The notes beneath the pieces are model-generated. The model worked only from the letters and a program-made list of their open reading frames with translations. It did no database searches and was not told the DNA's origin. Of a stretch of DNA of 64,000 nt, positions 10,483-20,692 are shown one piece after another. This DNA comes from Myxococcales bacterium. GTDB taxonomy: Bacteria > Myxococcota_A > Polyangia > Polyangiales > GCA-016699535. Numbering within the stretch: position 1 is the stretch's first letter; each line of letters starts with the position of its first letter. The translations under genes were made by a program, and so were the position numbers. The DNA lies in the NCBI GenBank assembly GCA_016699535.1, contig CP064980.1, positions 1,425,728 through 1,489,727 on the forward strand, written 5' to 3'.

Positions 10483-11223
10483 ATGAAAAATTTAGTGTTC
10501 TACTTTTCCCTACCTTTGATTGTAAACGCGAGCATGTTTTCCAAGAACGTTTCGGCGCAAGAGGATTCGCAACGCACACATAGGGTGGTGCAGCCCCAAG
10601 AAAAGTCTGCGGCAAGCCAAGAAGATAAACAGTCAGCGGCAAACTCGGCGCAGGCTAGGCAGGCGTCGCCACCAAAGTCAGCGAACGCAACAACTTCACC
10701 GCACAAACAACGTTCCGACGAACATCGCTCGAAAGACAGCTATGCATTTTTGCGCATCGTCTCGGAGAATGTACTTTCTCTCGGTTCGGGAATTCTTGTT
10801 GGTATGCTCGCCGCGGAAATCAATAAGGATCCCGAAGACCCTTATGAAAGTTGTGATACGATTTGCATTAATAGAGGCGCACTTGGAGGTTTTGTTCTCG
10901 GGCTCACAGTGGGTATGCCTCTTGGGACCTACTTGGGCGGCGAGCTTTTTCCCGGTTCCAGTCATTTTGGCTGGACGATGCTCCCGGGGGTCGTGGGAAG
11001 CGCAATGATGCTTGGTGCGGCCAACATCGAGTGGAATAACGAAGGCACGATATGGGGGGTACTGCTGGGTTTAGGCGGCTTTCTGAGCAGCTGGATCGGC
11101 TCTATCGTTGCTTATGAAATTAACCACGAACTCCCTAAGCCGCAAAGCGTTCAAGTCGCATTGTCCGTGGCCCCTTCTGCGCGAGGAAAGGGTGCGACCC
11201 TTCAGTTGAATGGACGTTTTTAG
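10483..11223 (+). CDS. Hypothetical secreted/membrane protein: signal peptide, low-complexity Q/S/A-rich linker and a glycine-rich hydrophobic C-terminal half
   Basis: ATG at 10483 preceded by AAGG. MKNLVFYFSLPLIVNASMFSKNVSAQ signal-like start. No family recognised. Confidence 0.55.
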   Translation: MKNLVFYFSLPLIVNASMFSKNVSAQEDSQRTHRVVQPQEKSAASQEDKQSAANSAQARQASPPKSANATTSPHKQRSDEHRSKDSYAFLRIVSENVLSLGSGILVGMLAAEINKDPEDPYESCDTICINRGALGGFVLGLTVGMPLGTYLGGELFPGSSHFGWTMLPGVVGSAMMLGAANIEWNNEGTIWGVLLGLGGFLSSWIGSIVAYEINHELPKPQSVQVALSVAPSARGKGATLQLNGRF

Positions 11224-11238
11224 CGTCTTTCACGATTC

Positions 11239-12414
11239 CTAGCAGGTTTGGTTCACGCTGTTCACGATGCGCTGAAGTCCTTGGCTGAAGTTCTCTGGCG
11301 TGCAGAGCAAACTAAGAACGAGCATGGCTTCTTCGTGGTAATCAAAAAGATAACCAGGCAGCACGTGGGTGTGCTGCTCTTGGAGCAATTCGAGTGTCCA
11401 TTGTTCATCGCTTTTGATGGCTGGCAGCTGAAGGCTGAGATACCAGCCTCCCTGAGGTAGGCGAAGGGAGATAGGACTGTGGGCATTGTTGAGCAATCGC
11501 TTGGCATAGCTAAGATTCGCTTGGAGGCGACTCGTAATGATCGCTTGGACGCGATGTCCATAGCGCAATAGTTCTGGGAGTTGCTCCTGTACCGCTTGGT
11601 GGGTGGACAAAAACAGATCGGACAAACAAGTCAGGCGATGTAGACATTCTTCAAGCTCGCTTTGCGGCCCCCGGGCTATCAGCCAACTGCATTTAAGCTG
11701 TGGTAAGGCTGCAAACTTTGATAGACCTCCAAGCACAAAAACAAGTGGCATCGTTGAGCGAGCTGCGTTGAGAATGCTTTGCTGGTTTTTTGAATTGTCG
11801 GATAGCGCATAGGGTAGAAAAACCTCGTCGCACACGATGGGCAGGCCAAGCTCGTACAAGCCCAGAATCTCTGAGCGACTCACATAGTTACCTGTGGGGT
11901 TATTTGGATTAACTACGGCAATCGCTTTGCTCTTTGTAGAGATGAGCGATTTGAGCATTGGAAAATCGATGTGCCATTGCCCGTCCCAGATCAAGGGATA
12001 GCGCTTGAGTACAATTCCTTCACTTTGCGCCAACTGCTCAAGAAGAGGGTAGCTGGGCGCCGGGACCAACCACTCATCGCCGGGGCTGCAAAGTATCTTC
12101 ATCAAATGCGCGTAAAGCTCGCTGGTGCTGGCGGCAAGGCAGATTTGCTTGGCGTCAAGTGGCTGAGCCGTTTGGGCGGACCAAAACGAAGCAAGAGCAG
12201 TGCGGGCCCGAAGAAGGCCCAGCGCATCGGGCGTGTAGCTTGCAGATGACAGCAGACTTGCCTTGACTACGCGATCCAAGTCCAAGGCAAGATCGGCTTG
12301 ACTGGGATTGGACAAACTTAAATCAACAATATTCGTGCCTTCATTCTGCAGTTTTTCCAGCATGAGGCTTAGTTTGTTTTTTTTTGTTTCGAAGAGTGTG
12401 CGTGGGGAGAACAT
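11239..12414 (-). CDS. PLP-dependent aminotransferase, class I/II
   Basis: 391 aa with VVNPNNPTGN and a SKF..LPQLKCSW (PLP-lysine) region. Confidence 0.85.
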   Translation of the reverse strand: MFSPRTLFETKKNKLSLMLEKLQNEGTNIVDLSLSNPSQADLALDLDRVVKASLLSSASYTPDALGLLRARTALASFWSAQTAQPLDAKQICLAASTSELYAHLMKILCSPGDEWLVPAPSYPLLEQLAQSEGIVLKRYPLIWDGQWHIDFPMLKSLISTKSKAIAVVNPNNPTGNYVSRSEILGLYELGLPIVCDEVFLPYALSDNSKNQQSILNAARSTMPLVFVLGGLSKFAALPQLKCSWLIARGPQSELEECLHRLTCLSDLFLSTHQAVQEQLPELLRYGHRVQAIITSRLQANLSYAKRLLNNAHSPISLRLPQGGWYLSLQLPAIKSDEQWTLELLQEQHTHVLPGYLFDYHEEAMLVLSLLCTPENFSQGLQRIVNSVNQTC

Positions 12415-12432
12415 CGCGCTATTTTAGGGTTC

Positions 12433-13439
12433 ATGGCAGAGAGTCGTACACACAAGCCTACCGCAAGGCGCATTAGGGAAGCTAGACGTTCTGGCGATGC
12501 GCCTCGATCGGCCGTGCTTGTCTCGGTGGCGGCCAGTGCGGCCGTTGTGGCTGTGCTTTTGTGGGCGGTGTGGCGAGTGCCATTGCTTTTTTCCGGGCTT
12601 TTTTATGCAGCGCTCGGACGTTTTGCTTCCAGTGTCGATCACGGGTTGGGATTGGTTGATCTTGGTCTTTCACTCGCGGTCTGGTGCCTTGCCCCGATCT
12701 GGCTTAGTGCCGTGGGTGCTGTCCTTGCCGTATCGGTTGCTCATTTAGGCTTTCCTGTTTCGTTTTCTTTTTTTCGATCGCTTTCGTTTCGTCGATCGGG
12801 CATGAATTTGTTTTCGAGAAACGCTTTTGTTCAAAGCCTCGAGCTTGTGATTGCGCTGTGTTTAGCCGTGCTCATTTTACTGTGGACGCTCTATGAGTTT
12901 CGATTGCGAATTTCATTTAGCCCAGCACAAAACCTAACCGATCAAAGCAACATGCTTGCGCAACTTTTTTTGGTATTTTCTTTTCGCATCATGCTTGCCT
13001 TTAGTTTTATTGCGCTTGCTGATTTTGCGTATCGACGCTTTGACTTTTTTGATCGCCTAAAAATGACACGTACCGAGTTTTTACAAGAGCTTAAACAAAC
13101 AGAGGGCAACCCCCATGTGCTACACAAACAACGTGAGCGCCATCGTGAACTGGTAAAAGAAGACAATGCTGAGATTGCGTGTGTACTTAAAGACACTGGG
13201 TCAAAAGTAGTGGTTCTAAGCTATCACTCTGGCCAGGTGCCCCGATTGTGGCCATCGAAACAGATGATGCAAGCAAATCGTGGCTTGATCGAGCTCATCG
13301 TTCTCGGATCCCTGTTTATGAGCAGGCCGCGATTGTGGCGCGCATGAAGAAGTGTCATCCTGGCGATTTGATTCCCGAAGAGCTTTACGATGATATTGCC
13401 GCCCTTTTTGTTGGACAGGATGGCATACGACAAGCATGA
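12433..13439 (+). CDS. FlhB/YscU/EscU-family type III export-apparatus-like protein. Orphan, apparent 1-nt deletion in a C4 run (13240-13243), and a degenerate autocleavage site.
   Basis: N-terminus MAESRTHKPTARRIREARRSGDAPRS resembles FlhB (E. coli KTEAPTPHRLEKAREEGQIPRS). Four hydrophobic segments, then KMTRTEFLQELKQTEGNPHV. The C-terminal part continues in ORF 13248..13439 (PIVAIETDDASKSWLDRAHRSRIPVYEQAAIVARM...IPEELYDDIAALF). Its stop overlaps the priA ATG (ATGA). Confidence 0.75.
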
Positions 13440-15715
13440 CACCTTCATCCGAAAATCAAGACAGCTATGTGGAGGTGGCCATACCGGTGCCGCTTCGTCA
13501 AAGTTTTACTTACAAAGTGAGGCGTGGAGGAAGCACTGATTTTTTACCTGGCATGCGCGTGGCAGTTCCTTTTGGTCGCAGAAAGCTTGCTGGCTTTGTC
13601 TTGGGTGAGCAGCTTGGGGAAATTAAAGCAGGCGTTCGATACAAACACATCGCGGACCTACTCGATAAAGATCCGGTGTTTTCAGAAGAACTCTTAACCT
13701 TTCTTAAAGCGGCGGCAGATTACTACATGCATCCAGTGGGTGAAGTATTGCGTGCTGCTGCGCCCGCGCTACCAAGCGAAGCTCTGAGCCGGTTGCGAGG
13801 GTCCGGCTTTCTTAAAGAGGGCGAGAAGCTCCCCGGTGCTCAGATGAGCCAACGCACGACTTGGCGTGTGTGTCTTGCCAAAGACAAAAAAGAAGCCCCT
13901 CGTCTTGGGCCTAAGCAATTGCGTGCTTTGCATTTGGTTGAGGAGCGCAGCGAGATTCTGTGGGAGGAGCTGCGGACTCTTGCAGGTTTAACGCGGAGTA
14001 GTTTGCGTGCAATGGTCGATAAAGGGGTGCTGCAAATCAGTGAATGTGAAGTTCTTCACGATCCCTTTGCAGGAAACTCGGCTGAAAAAGATGTGACGGT
14101 TCAACTGAATGATGCTCAGCTTCATGCGGTAGAGCGCCTGAAACAAGCAGTTATTGATCATGAAGCCAAAGCCTTTTTGCTTCATGGCGTCACAGGCTCC
14201 GGCAAGACCGAAGTGTATATGCATGCCATTGATCGAGTGCTGGAAGCCGGACGTGGCGCCATTGTGCTTGTGCCGGAGATTGCATTGACGCCTCAACTGG
14301 TGTCGCGTTTTCGCGCGCGTTTTGGTGAAGGTATTGCTGTCTTGCATAGCGGTCTTGGTGCGAGGGAACGCTACGATGCCTGGCAAAGGCTTAGCAAAGG
14401 TGAGCTCAAGCTTGCTATTGGGGCGCGCTCGGCGTTGTTTGCTCCGGTTCGTGATTTGGGCATGATTGTCGTTGATGAAGAGCATGACGCTTCGTTTAAG
14501 CAAGAAGACGGTTTCCGCTATAGCGCACGAGACATGGCCTTGCTTCGTGCGCATTTGGTAGGCGGCGTTTGCGTGCTTGGTAGTGCTACACCTTCACTCG
14601 AAAGTTATCATCTGTGCAAGCAAGGAAGGTGCGAGTTACTTGAACTGCCAGCACGCGCCACTGAGCACAAGCTGCCCGAGGTACATATTGTCGATCTGAC
14701 AAAACAGGGCGCGGGGCTATCGGGCCATCCTTTGCTCACCCCAGTGCTTCACCAAGCGCTCCAGGCATGCTTGAACGACAAAGGTCAAGCCATTTTATTT
14801 TTAAACCGACGTGGCTTCTCCAGTTTACGTTGTGCTAGCTGCTCGGAGATTGCGCAGTGTCCTGCCTGTTCAGTGGCACTTACCGCTCATCGCAATGCGC
14901 AGCGTGCACGTTGTCACTATTGTGATTTTGCAACGCATGTCGATGCGCCTTGTCCGAACTGCAAAAGTCCTGGCCTCGAAGCTGTTGGTGTTGGAACCGA
15001 GCGTGTTGAAGAACTTTTGCGGGACAATTTTCCCGAAGCACGCATTGCCAGGCTTGATCGCGACACCGCATCTAAAGCCGGCGGTGTCGAAAAAGTTCTT
15101 GATCGTATGAAGCGGCATGAGCTCGATATTTTGGTTGGCACCCAAATGGTCACCAAAGGACATGATTTACCCGAAGTGACCTTGGTGGGAGTGGTGCTTG
15201 CGGATCAATCCTTGTTGTTTCCGGACTTTCGGGCCTCAGAGCGCACCTTCCAATTGCTTGCTCAAGTAGCAGGTCGCGCCGGACGAGGAGCTCGGCCTGG
15301 CAAAGTCATCGTGCAAAGCTTTCAGCCCGATCATCCTGCTGTACAACTCGCGTGCCGACACGATTACCATGGTTTTTTTACGAGCGAGATTAGAGTGCGT
15401 CAGCAAAGTTTGTACCCCCCTTTTTCTCGCCTAGCGGCGATTCGCATTGACGCGACAGACGAGCAACATGCACGCTCAGCTGCGGACAGACTTGCTCAAG
15501 TTGCTCGCTCACGTAGCTCCGATAAAGTTCAAGTACTCGGCCCCGCACCGGCACCCATTGCCCGACTAAGAGCGCGCTACCGTTTTCGCGTTCTGTTGCG
15601 AGCATCCGGCCGAAAATCACTTCGTGTTGTGCTCGATGCAGTAGCCCAACACATCGGCCAAGGCCTTGGCTCAGCCAGAGCATCCATCGATATCGATCCT
15701 GTATCGATGCTTTAG
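13436..15715 (+). CDS. priA: Primosomal protein N' (replication restart helicase PriA)
   Basis: 759 aa. Walker A GVTGSGKTEVY, DEEH box VVDEEHD, the Cys-rich zinc region CASCS..CPAC...CHYC...CPNC, and GTQMVTKGHD. Confidence 0.95.
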   Translation: MTPSSENQDSYVEVAIPVPLRQSFTYKVRRGGSTDFLPGMRVAVPFGRRKLAGFVLGEQLGEIKAGVRYKHIADLLDKDPVFSEELLTFLKAAADYYMHPVGEVLRAAAPALPSEALSRLRGSGFLKEGEKLPGAQMSQRTTWRVCLAKDKKEAPRLGPKQLRALHLVEERSEILWEELRTLAGLTRSSLRAMVDKGVLQISECEVLHDPFAGNSAEKDVTVQLNDAQLHAVERLKQAVIDHEAKAFLLHGVTGSGKTEVYMHAIDRVLEAGRGAIVLVPEIALTPQLVSRFRARFGEGIAVLHSGLGARERYDAWQRLSKGELKLAIGARSALFAPVRDLGMIVVDEEHDASFKQEDGFRYSARDMALLRAHLVGGVCVLGSATPSLESYHLCKQGRCELLELPARATEHKLPEVHIVDLTKQGAGLSGHPLLTPVLHQALQACLNDKGQAILFLNRRGFSSLRCASCSEIAQCPACSVALTAHRNAQRARCHYCDFATHVDAPCPNCKSPGLEAVGVGTERVEELLRDNFPEARIARLDRDTASKAGGVEKVLDRMKRHELDILVGTQMVTKGHDLPEVTLVGVVLADQSLLFPDFRASERTFQLLAQVAGRAGRGARPGKVIVQSFQPDHPAVQLACRHDYHGFFTSEIRVRQQSLYPPFSRLAAIRIDATDEQHARSAADRLAQVARSRSSDKVQVLGPAPAPIARLRARYRFRVLLRASGRKSLRVVLDAVAQHIGQGLGSARASIDIDPVSML

Positions 15716-15863
15716 AAGGAAAGCTATTGGTGCACTCCTGCATAGAAAAGCAGGTTCTTAGCGCCTTTTATAATCTAAGATTCTGAAATTATTTGTCAAT
15801 TCTTGCTTTCTATTTCTTTTGCCACTGCCTTTTTCCATTCAGTGAAAATGAATTGTTTTACTT

Positions 15864-18304
15864 ATGCGGTATTTTCTGTCATGTTTAATTCTGCCCATGA
15901 ATCAAGCACGCGGATACCTGCTGTTGATGTTCTTTTTTGCTGTATCAGCATGCGGGCGGCTGGGATACGACTCCGTCAACACACAGAGCTTGCTGCTTGA
16001 TTCGGACCAAGACGGTGTTCCAGATAGCGAAGAGCTTTTTGGCGATAGCGATGGCGATGGCTTAGCGAACTTCCTCGATGATGACGATGATGGCGACAGT
16101 TTGCCAACGGCGTTTGAAGTCAGTGAAGAAGCAAAAGCAGGCGGTGATGTCGATGGGGATGGTACGGTGGCTTATCTCGATACCGATTCCGATGGCGATG
16201 GGATTTTAGATTCCGAAGAGCTGGGCGATGATTTGGACGGCGATGGTCTGCCCAACTTTCTAGATACCGACAGCGACGGGGATGGCATCCCTGATAGTGA
16301 CGATGCCGACACTTTTTGTGCCGATGGTCGAAAAGATTTTAGTGAAAGCGATGTGGATTGCGGTGGTGCAGGCTGCTCGGGCTGCGCCGATGAAAAAAGC
16401 TGCAGCGTCAATACGGATTGTCAATCGATGGAATGTGGTTCAACAGGCACCTGCATTGCTACGTCGTGTAGCGATGGGCAAAAAGAGTGGGGATGAAACA
16501 GATGTGGATTGTGGTGGCTCGAGCTGTAGTGCGTGCGCGAATGGCCTAAGCTGTAATGCCGGCAATGATTGTGCATCCGGCGTGTGCACGGGCAACATCT
16601 GCCAGGTTGGTAGCTGCAGCGATGCTGTTGCAAACCAAGACGAAACGGATGTGGACTGCGGAGGATCGTCATGTAGTGCATGCACCGATGGGGCTGGTTG
16701 CCTTGCTGGATCAGATTGCAGCTCGGGAGTATGCACGGGCAACATCTGTCAAGCGGCAACCTGCACGGATACAATACAAAACCAAGATGAGACGGACACC
16801 GATTGTGGTGGCTTGAGCTGCAGCGCTTGCGGCACGGGGCAAAGTTGTGTGCTAGCGGCAGATTGCCAATCGAATGTGCACGGGCACCATCTGTCAGCTC
16901 GCGACCTGCGCTGATGGCGTGCTGAATCAAGATGAAACCGACACCGATTGCGGTGGAGCAAGCTGCGCAGCATGTGGTGATGGACTTAGCTGTCTTGCGC
17001 CGGGGGATTGCACTTCGGGCGTTTGCACGGGCACCATCTGCCAAGTAGCGACTTGCTCCGATAGCATACAAAACCAAGACGAGACTGGTGTGGATTGCGG
17101 GGGGGTGAGCTGTCCTGCATGTGGAGGCCCCACAATCACCCAACTCGTGTCTGGATCCGGCCATGTATGCGTCCTTCTAAGTAGTGGAAATGTACGTTGT
17201 TGGGGGCAGGGATTGTCAGGCAGGCTTGGCTATGGAAACCTCAACAACATTGGAGACGATGAGACGCCGGCTTCGGCCGGAGACGTCGACGTTGGTGGCA
17301 CCGTAATTCAGATTACCGCCGGAGGAGCTCATACCTGTGCTCTTCTGGACACTGGAAATGTTCGCTGTTGGGGCTACGCCGCACAGGGACAACTTGGCTA
17401 CGCTAATAGTCAAGACATCGGAGACAATGAACTGCCGGCCTCTGCCGGAGACGTCAACGTTGGTGGCACCGTTGTACAAATCTCCGCCGGAAGGTTTCAT
17501 ACTTGCGCGAGACTTGATACCGGAGCAGTTCGTTGCTGGGGCGAAGGCAATTTTGGGCAACTCGGATATGGTAACACCGCACGCATTGGTGACAACGAAA
17601 CGCCAGCATCCGCCGGGGATGTTGACGTCGGGGGCACTGTTTCTGAGATTAGTGCTGGCTCTTCCAATACTTGCGCTAGGTTGAGCACTGGAACAGTGCG
17701 GTGTTGGGGATACGGAGCAAGTGGTTCCCTCGGTTATGGTAACACGAACAACATTGGCGACAATGAAACCCCAGCATTCGCGGGAGACGTTACCGTTGGG
17801 ACCACCGTTAGCCAAGTCGTTGTCGGCCAGTATACCTGTGTAGTGACGAGTAGCAATAGCGTGCGCTGTTGGGGCGCTAGCGGCTTAGGGCAACTTGGGT
17901 ACCCCGGCGCGACACTCATCGGCGACGACGAAACCCCAGCATCGGTAGGAGATGTTACCGTCGGTAGCAGCGTAACAGAAGTAAGGGCAGGTCTTTACCA
18001 CACATGTGCGGTCACGACCACTGGAACTGTGAGGTGTTGGGGTCGAGGAAACGTGGGGCAACTTGGTTACGGAAACACGAACAACATTGGAGACGACGAA
18101 ACCCCCGCCTCAGCAGGCGACGTAAACGTCGGAGGGACTGTTACGCAAGTTGCTGTTGGTGGCCTTTCCAGCTGTGTCTTGCTTGATACCGGAAACGTTC
18201 GTTGTTGGGGAGACGGCAGTCTTGGAACACTCGGCTACGGAAACACGAACACCCTTGGAGACGACGAAACTCCGGCCTCAGCGGGTGATGTAACAGTGTT
18301 CTAG
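15864..18304 (+). pseudogene. Lipoprotein with thrombospondin-type-3-like Ca-binding repeats, Cys-rich repeats and an RCC1-like beta-propeller. Paralog of 50470..53322, disrupted by two frameshifts.
   Basis: Three overlapping ORFs (15864..16496, 16282..16914, 16874..18304) in frames 0/1/2 are collinear with the intact 962-aa paralog. The breaks lie at the A5 run 16480-16484 and near 16873-16880. The start could alternatively be 15897. Confidence 0.75.
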
Positions 18305-18860
18305 AACTTTCTTTTAGTCTTTTAGTGACAGGCTTCTGTCTGAATCACTGAATGATTACATTCGCTTACAAGCACGATCGCGGGACCGTAGAATTCAAAA
18401 TTATTTAACTAACGATCGATGAACAGCTCAAGGAGTTGTTTAGCGGCAGCCGCGGGGCGATTTGGCCGTTTCGGACTTGTTTTTTGATGCTGGGGATGAC
18501 TTTTGTGGACGAGCGTCTGCTTGTGACGCACTAGGTGAATTCGGGTGGAAGGAAGCTTTACGCACAGGGTCCAGGGTCGATACGATTTAACTCGTCGATA
18601 TAAATGATCTCTTCAGACAAATCGTGGGAGTTTACTGAGCAGCTTTCGCGGGTTGTCTGAAAAATCAACCTACATCAAGCGTCTAAGTATATTGATCCTG
18701 GACCCATGAAAATTTGAGCGATTTTCCTAGTGCGGACTTGGGTCAAAGAGATTTTTTCATTTTCGTGCTGCGTACACAGTTCCGCAGCGCAAAAAGCGTT
18801 TTAACTAGGGATAGAAGCAAGCAAGACCCTCGTGCGCAAAAGCGTGTACTATGCAGGGCG

Positions 18861-20021
18861 ATGCGGCAGATTCTGCATATTGACATGGATGCCTTTTATG
18901 CCTCGGTCGAGCAGCGTGACCGTCCGGAGTTGCAGGGCAAACCCGTGGCAGTCGGCGGCGACTCCCCCAGGTCGGTTGTTGCGGCGGCGTCGTATGAAGC
19001 GCGACCTTTCGGTGTGCGCTCCGCGATGCCCATGCTTCACGCCAAGCGGCGCTGTCCAAGTTTAGTCGTCGTGCCGGTGCGCATGAGTCACTACGTGGCA
19101 GTCTCTGCGCAGATTTTTGAGATTTTTCGCCGCTACTCGCCGCTGGTGGAAGGCCTTTCACTCGATGAAGCCTTTATTGATGTCAGCGGCTCCGAGCGTT
19201 TGTTTGGTTCAGCAAAAAGCATTGCAAGCCGCATCAAAGAAGAGATCTATGCAGAACTTGGACTGCGCGCTTCAGCGGGTGTCGCATCGAGTAAGTTTGT
19301 CGCAAAAATTGCCAGTGACCTTGAAAAACCCGATGGACTGACCGTGATGCCACCGTATCCGGCAAAAGAACTTCAGCGTCTTCCCATTAAGCGCATGTGG
19401 GGCCTTGGTCCGCGTGCATGTGAGCGACTGCATAAGTTAGGATTCACGACTTTTGCAGATTTGCAAAATACGACCCCCGATGTCCTGGTGCGACTTTTGG
19501 GCACCTGGGGCAGACAAGTTCATGACCTTGCGCATGGACGCGACGATCGCGAGGTGAAAGCAGAGCGAATTCGAAAATCAATTGGAGCGGAAAATACCTT
19601 TGAAAAAGATAAAAACCATCCGAGCGAACTTGAGCCACAACTTTTGCAGCAGGCAGAGCGCATTGCAGAGCAATTGCAAAGAAAACAATTGCTTGCTGGA
19701 AACGTGAGCGTCAAACTCAAAGACCCTGATTTTAAAGTACAGAGCAAACAGAACAAACTTGCCGAACCGGTTTGCGATACGGTGAACTTGTTCGAGCATG
19801 CGAAAAAATTGCTTGCTCAAATGAGCTGGCCTACCAAGGGCGTGCGTTTGTGTGGTCTAAGCGCAAGCGACTTGGTGCCCAGAGCCCAAGAGCAGCGCCT
19901 CTTTGCCGACGCGCAAACCGACAAAAACCGCAAGCTGGACGAAGTCGCATTCGCCTTGAAGAAACGCTACGGCCCAGGCACCCTCAAACGCGCCACCCAA
20001 CTCAAACCGGATGACAGCTAA
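18861..20021 (+). CDS. dinB: DNA polymerase IV (Y-family)
   Basis: Internal ATG at 18861 gives MRQILHIDMDAFYASVEQRD, the canonical DinB start, followed by SLDEAFIDV and SAGVASSKFVAKIASD. Confidence 0.9.
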   Translation: MRQILHIDMDAFYASVEQRDRPELQGKPVAVGGDSPRSVVAAASYEARPFGVRSAMPMLHAKRRCPSLVVVPVRMSHYVAVSAQIFEIFRRYSPLVEGLSLDEAFIDVSGSERLFGSAKSIASRIKEEIYAELGLRASAGVASSKFVAKIASDLEKPDGLTVMPPYPAKELQRLPIKRMWGLGPRACERLHKLGFTTFADLQNTTPDVLVRLLGTWGRQVHDLAHGRDDREVKAERIRKSIGAENTFEKDKNHPSELEPQLLQQAERIAEQLQRKQLLAGNVSVKLKDPDFKVQSKQNKLAEPVCDTVNLFEHAKKLLAQMSWPTKGVRLCGLSASDLVPRAQEQRLFADAQTDKNRKLDEVAFALKKRYGPGTLKRATQLKPDDS

Positions 20022-20165
20022 GCGGCTTTAAAACACCTTTTTTTAGCAAAATTTGAATCAAACTCGGTCAAGCCCGATACAGGGCACTGCCGCCCGTTGC
20101 TAAATGGCGGTTTGTTTCAATTGAGCCGAGTTGCAAGGAGCGTCGCTGGGTGTTAAGAATTAAGC

Positions 20166-20687
20166 ATGACCGTAAGGAGCATCTTGCAGTATCCCGATAA
20201 GCGTTTGCGTATTGCTGGGAAAAAAGTGACTAATTTCGGGCCGGAGCTACAGAAGCTTGTCGCGGACATGGCCGAGACCATGTATGCAGCGCCTGGTGTT
20301 GGCCTAGCAGCTCCTCAAATTGGTGAGTCTTATCAGTTGTTCATTGTCGACGTGGCTGTCGGGGATGAGGAGCCAAGTGATTTGCGGGTCTTTATTAATC
20401 CCAAAATCGTGCATGGCGAGGGTGAAGTAGCTTTCGAGGAGGGCTGCCTGTCCTTTCCAGGAGCTCGCGAAGAGGTTTTGCGCAAGGAGCGGGTGAAGGT
20501 TGTTGCGCAAAACGAATACGGTGAAAGCTTTGAGCTTGAAACAGATGGTTTGTTGGCGATAGCGATTCAGCACGAAAATGATCACTTGAATGGTCGTTTA
20601 ATGATCGATCATCTGAGCCCCTTGCGCCGACGTTTGCTTCATCGGGCGATGGCGAAACGAAGCCCTGCGATTCAAGCGGCCCAATAG
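20166..20687 (+). CDS. def: Peptide deformylase
   Basis: 173 aa with GVGLAAPQIG, EGCLSFPG and QHENDHLNG motifs. Confidence 0.95.
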   Translation: MTVRSILQYPDKRLRIAGKKVTNFGPELQKLVADMAETMYAAPGVGLAAPQIGESYQLFIVDVAVGDEEPSDLRVFINPKIVHGEGEVAFEEGCLSFPGAREEVLRKERVKVVAQNEYGESFELETDGLLAIAIQHENDHLNGRLMIDHLSPLRRRLLHRAMAKRSPAIQAAQ

Positions 20688-20692
20688 GATAC

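Noticed and set aside
13988-14554. 188-aa minus-strand ORF within priA, and similar antisense ORFs within the MTHFR fusion gene (35190..35744, 35781..36344) and fmt (20918..21427)
   Set aside because: They lie fully inside well-supported conserved genes on the opposite strand and show no recognisable motifs.
16421-17164. Long antisense ORFs inside the repeat-protein genes (16421..17164, 51736..52515, 51176..51625, 17216..17815)
   Set aside because: They are frame artefacts of GC-rich, Cys/Gly-codon repeats. The sense-strand products have clear repeat families and signal peptides.
18714-18860. N-terminal 49-codon extension of dinB, and a search for a LexA/SOS box upstream of dinB
   Set aside because: The canonical DinB N-terminus begins at ATG 18861. 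By eye I found no CTGT-N8-ACAG, GAAC-N4-GTTC or myxobacterial-type (..GTTCAG) box in 18305-18860, so I claim no regulatory site.
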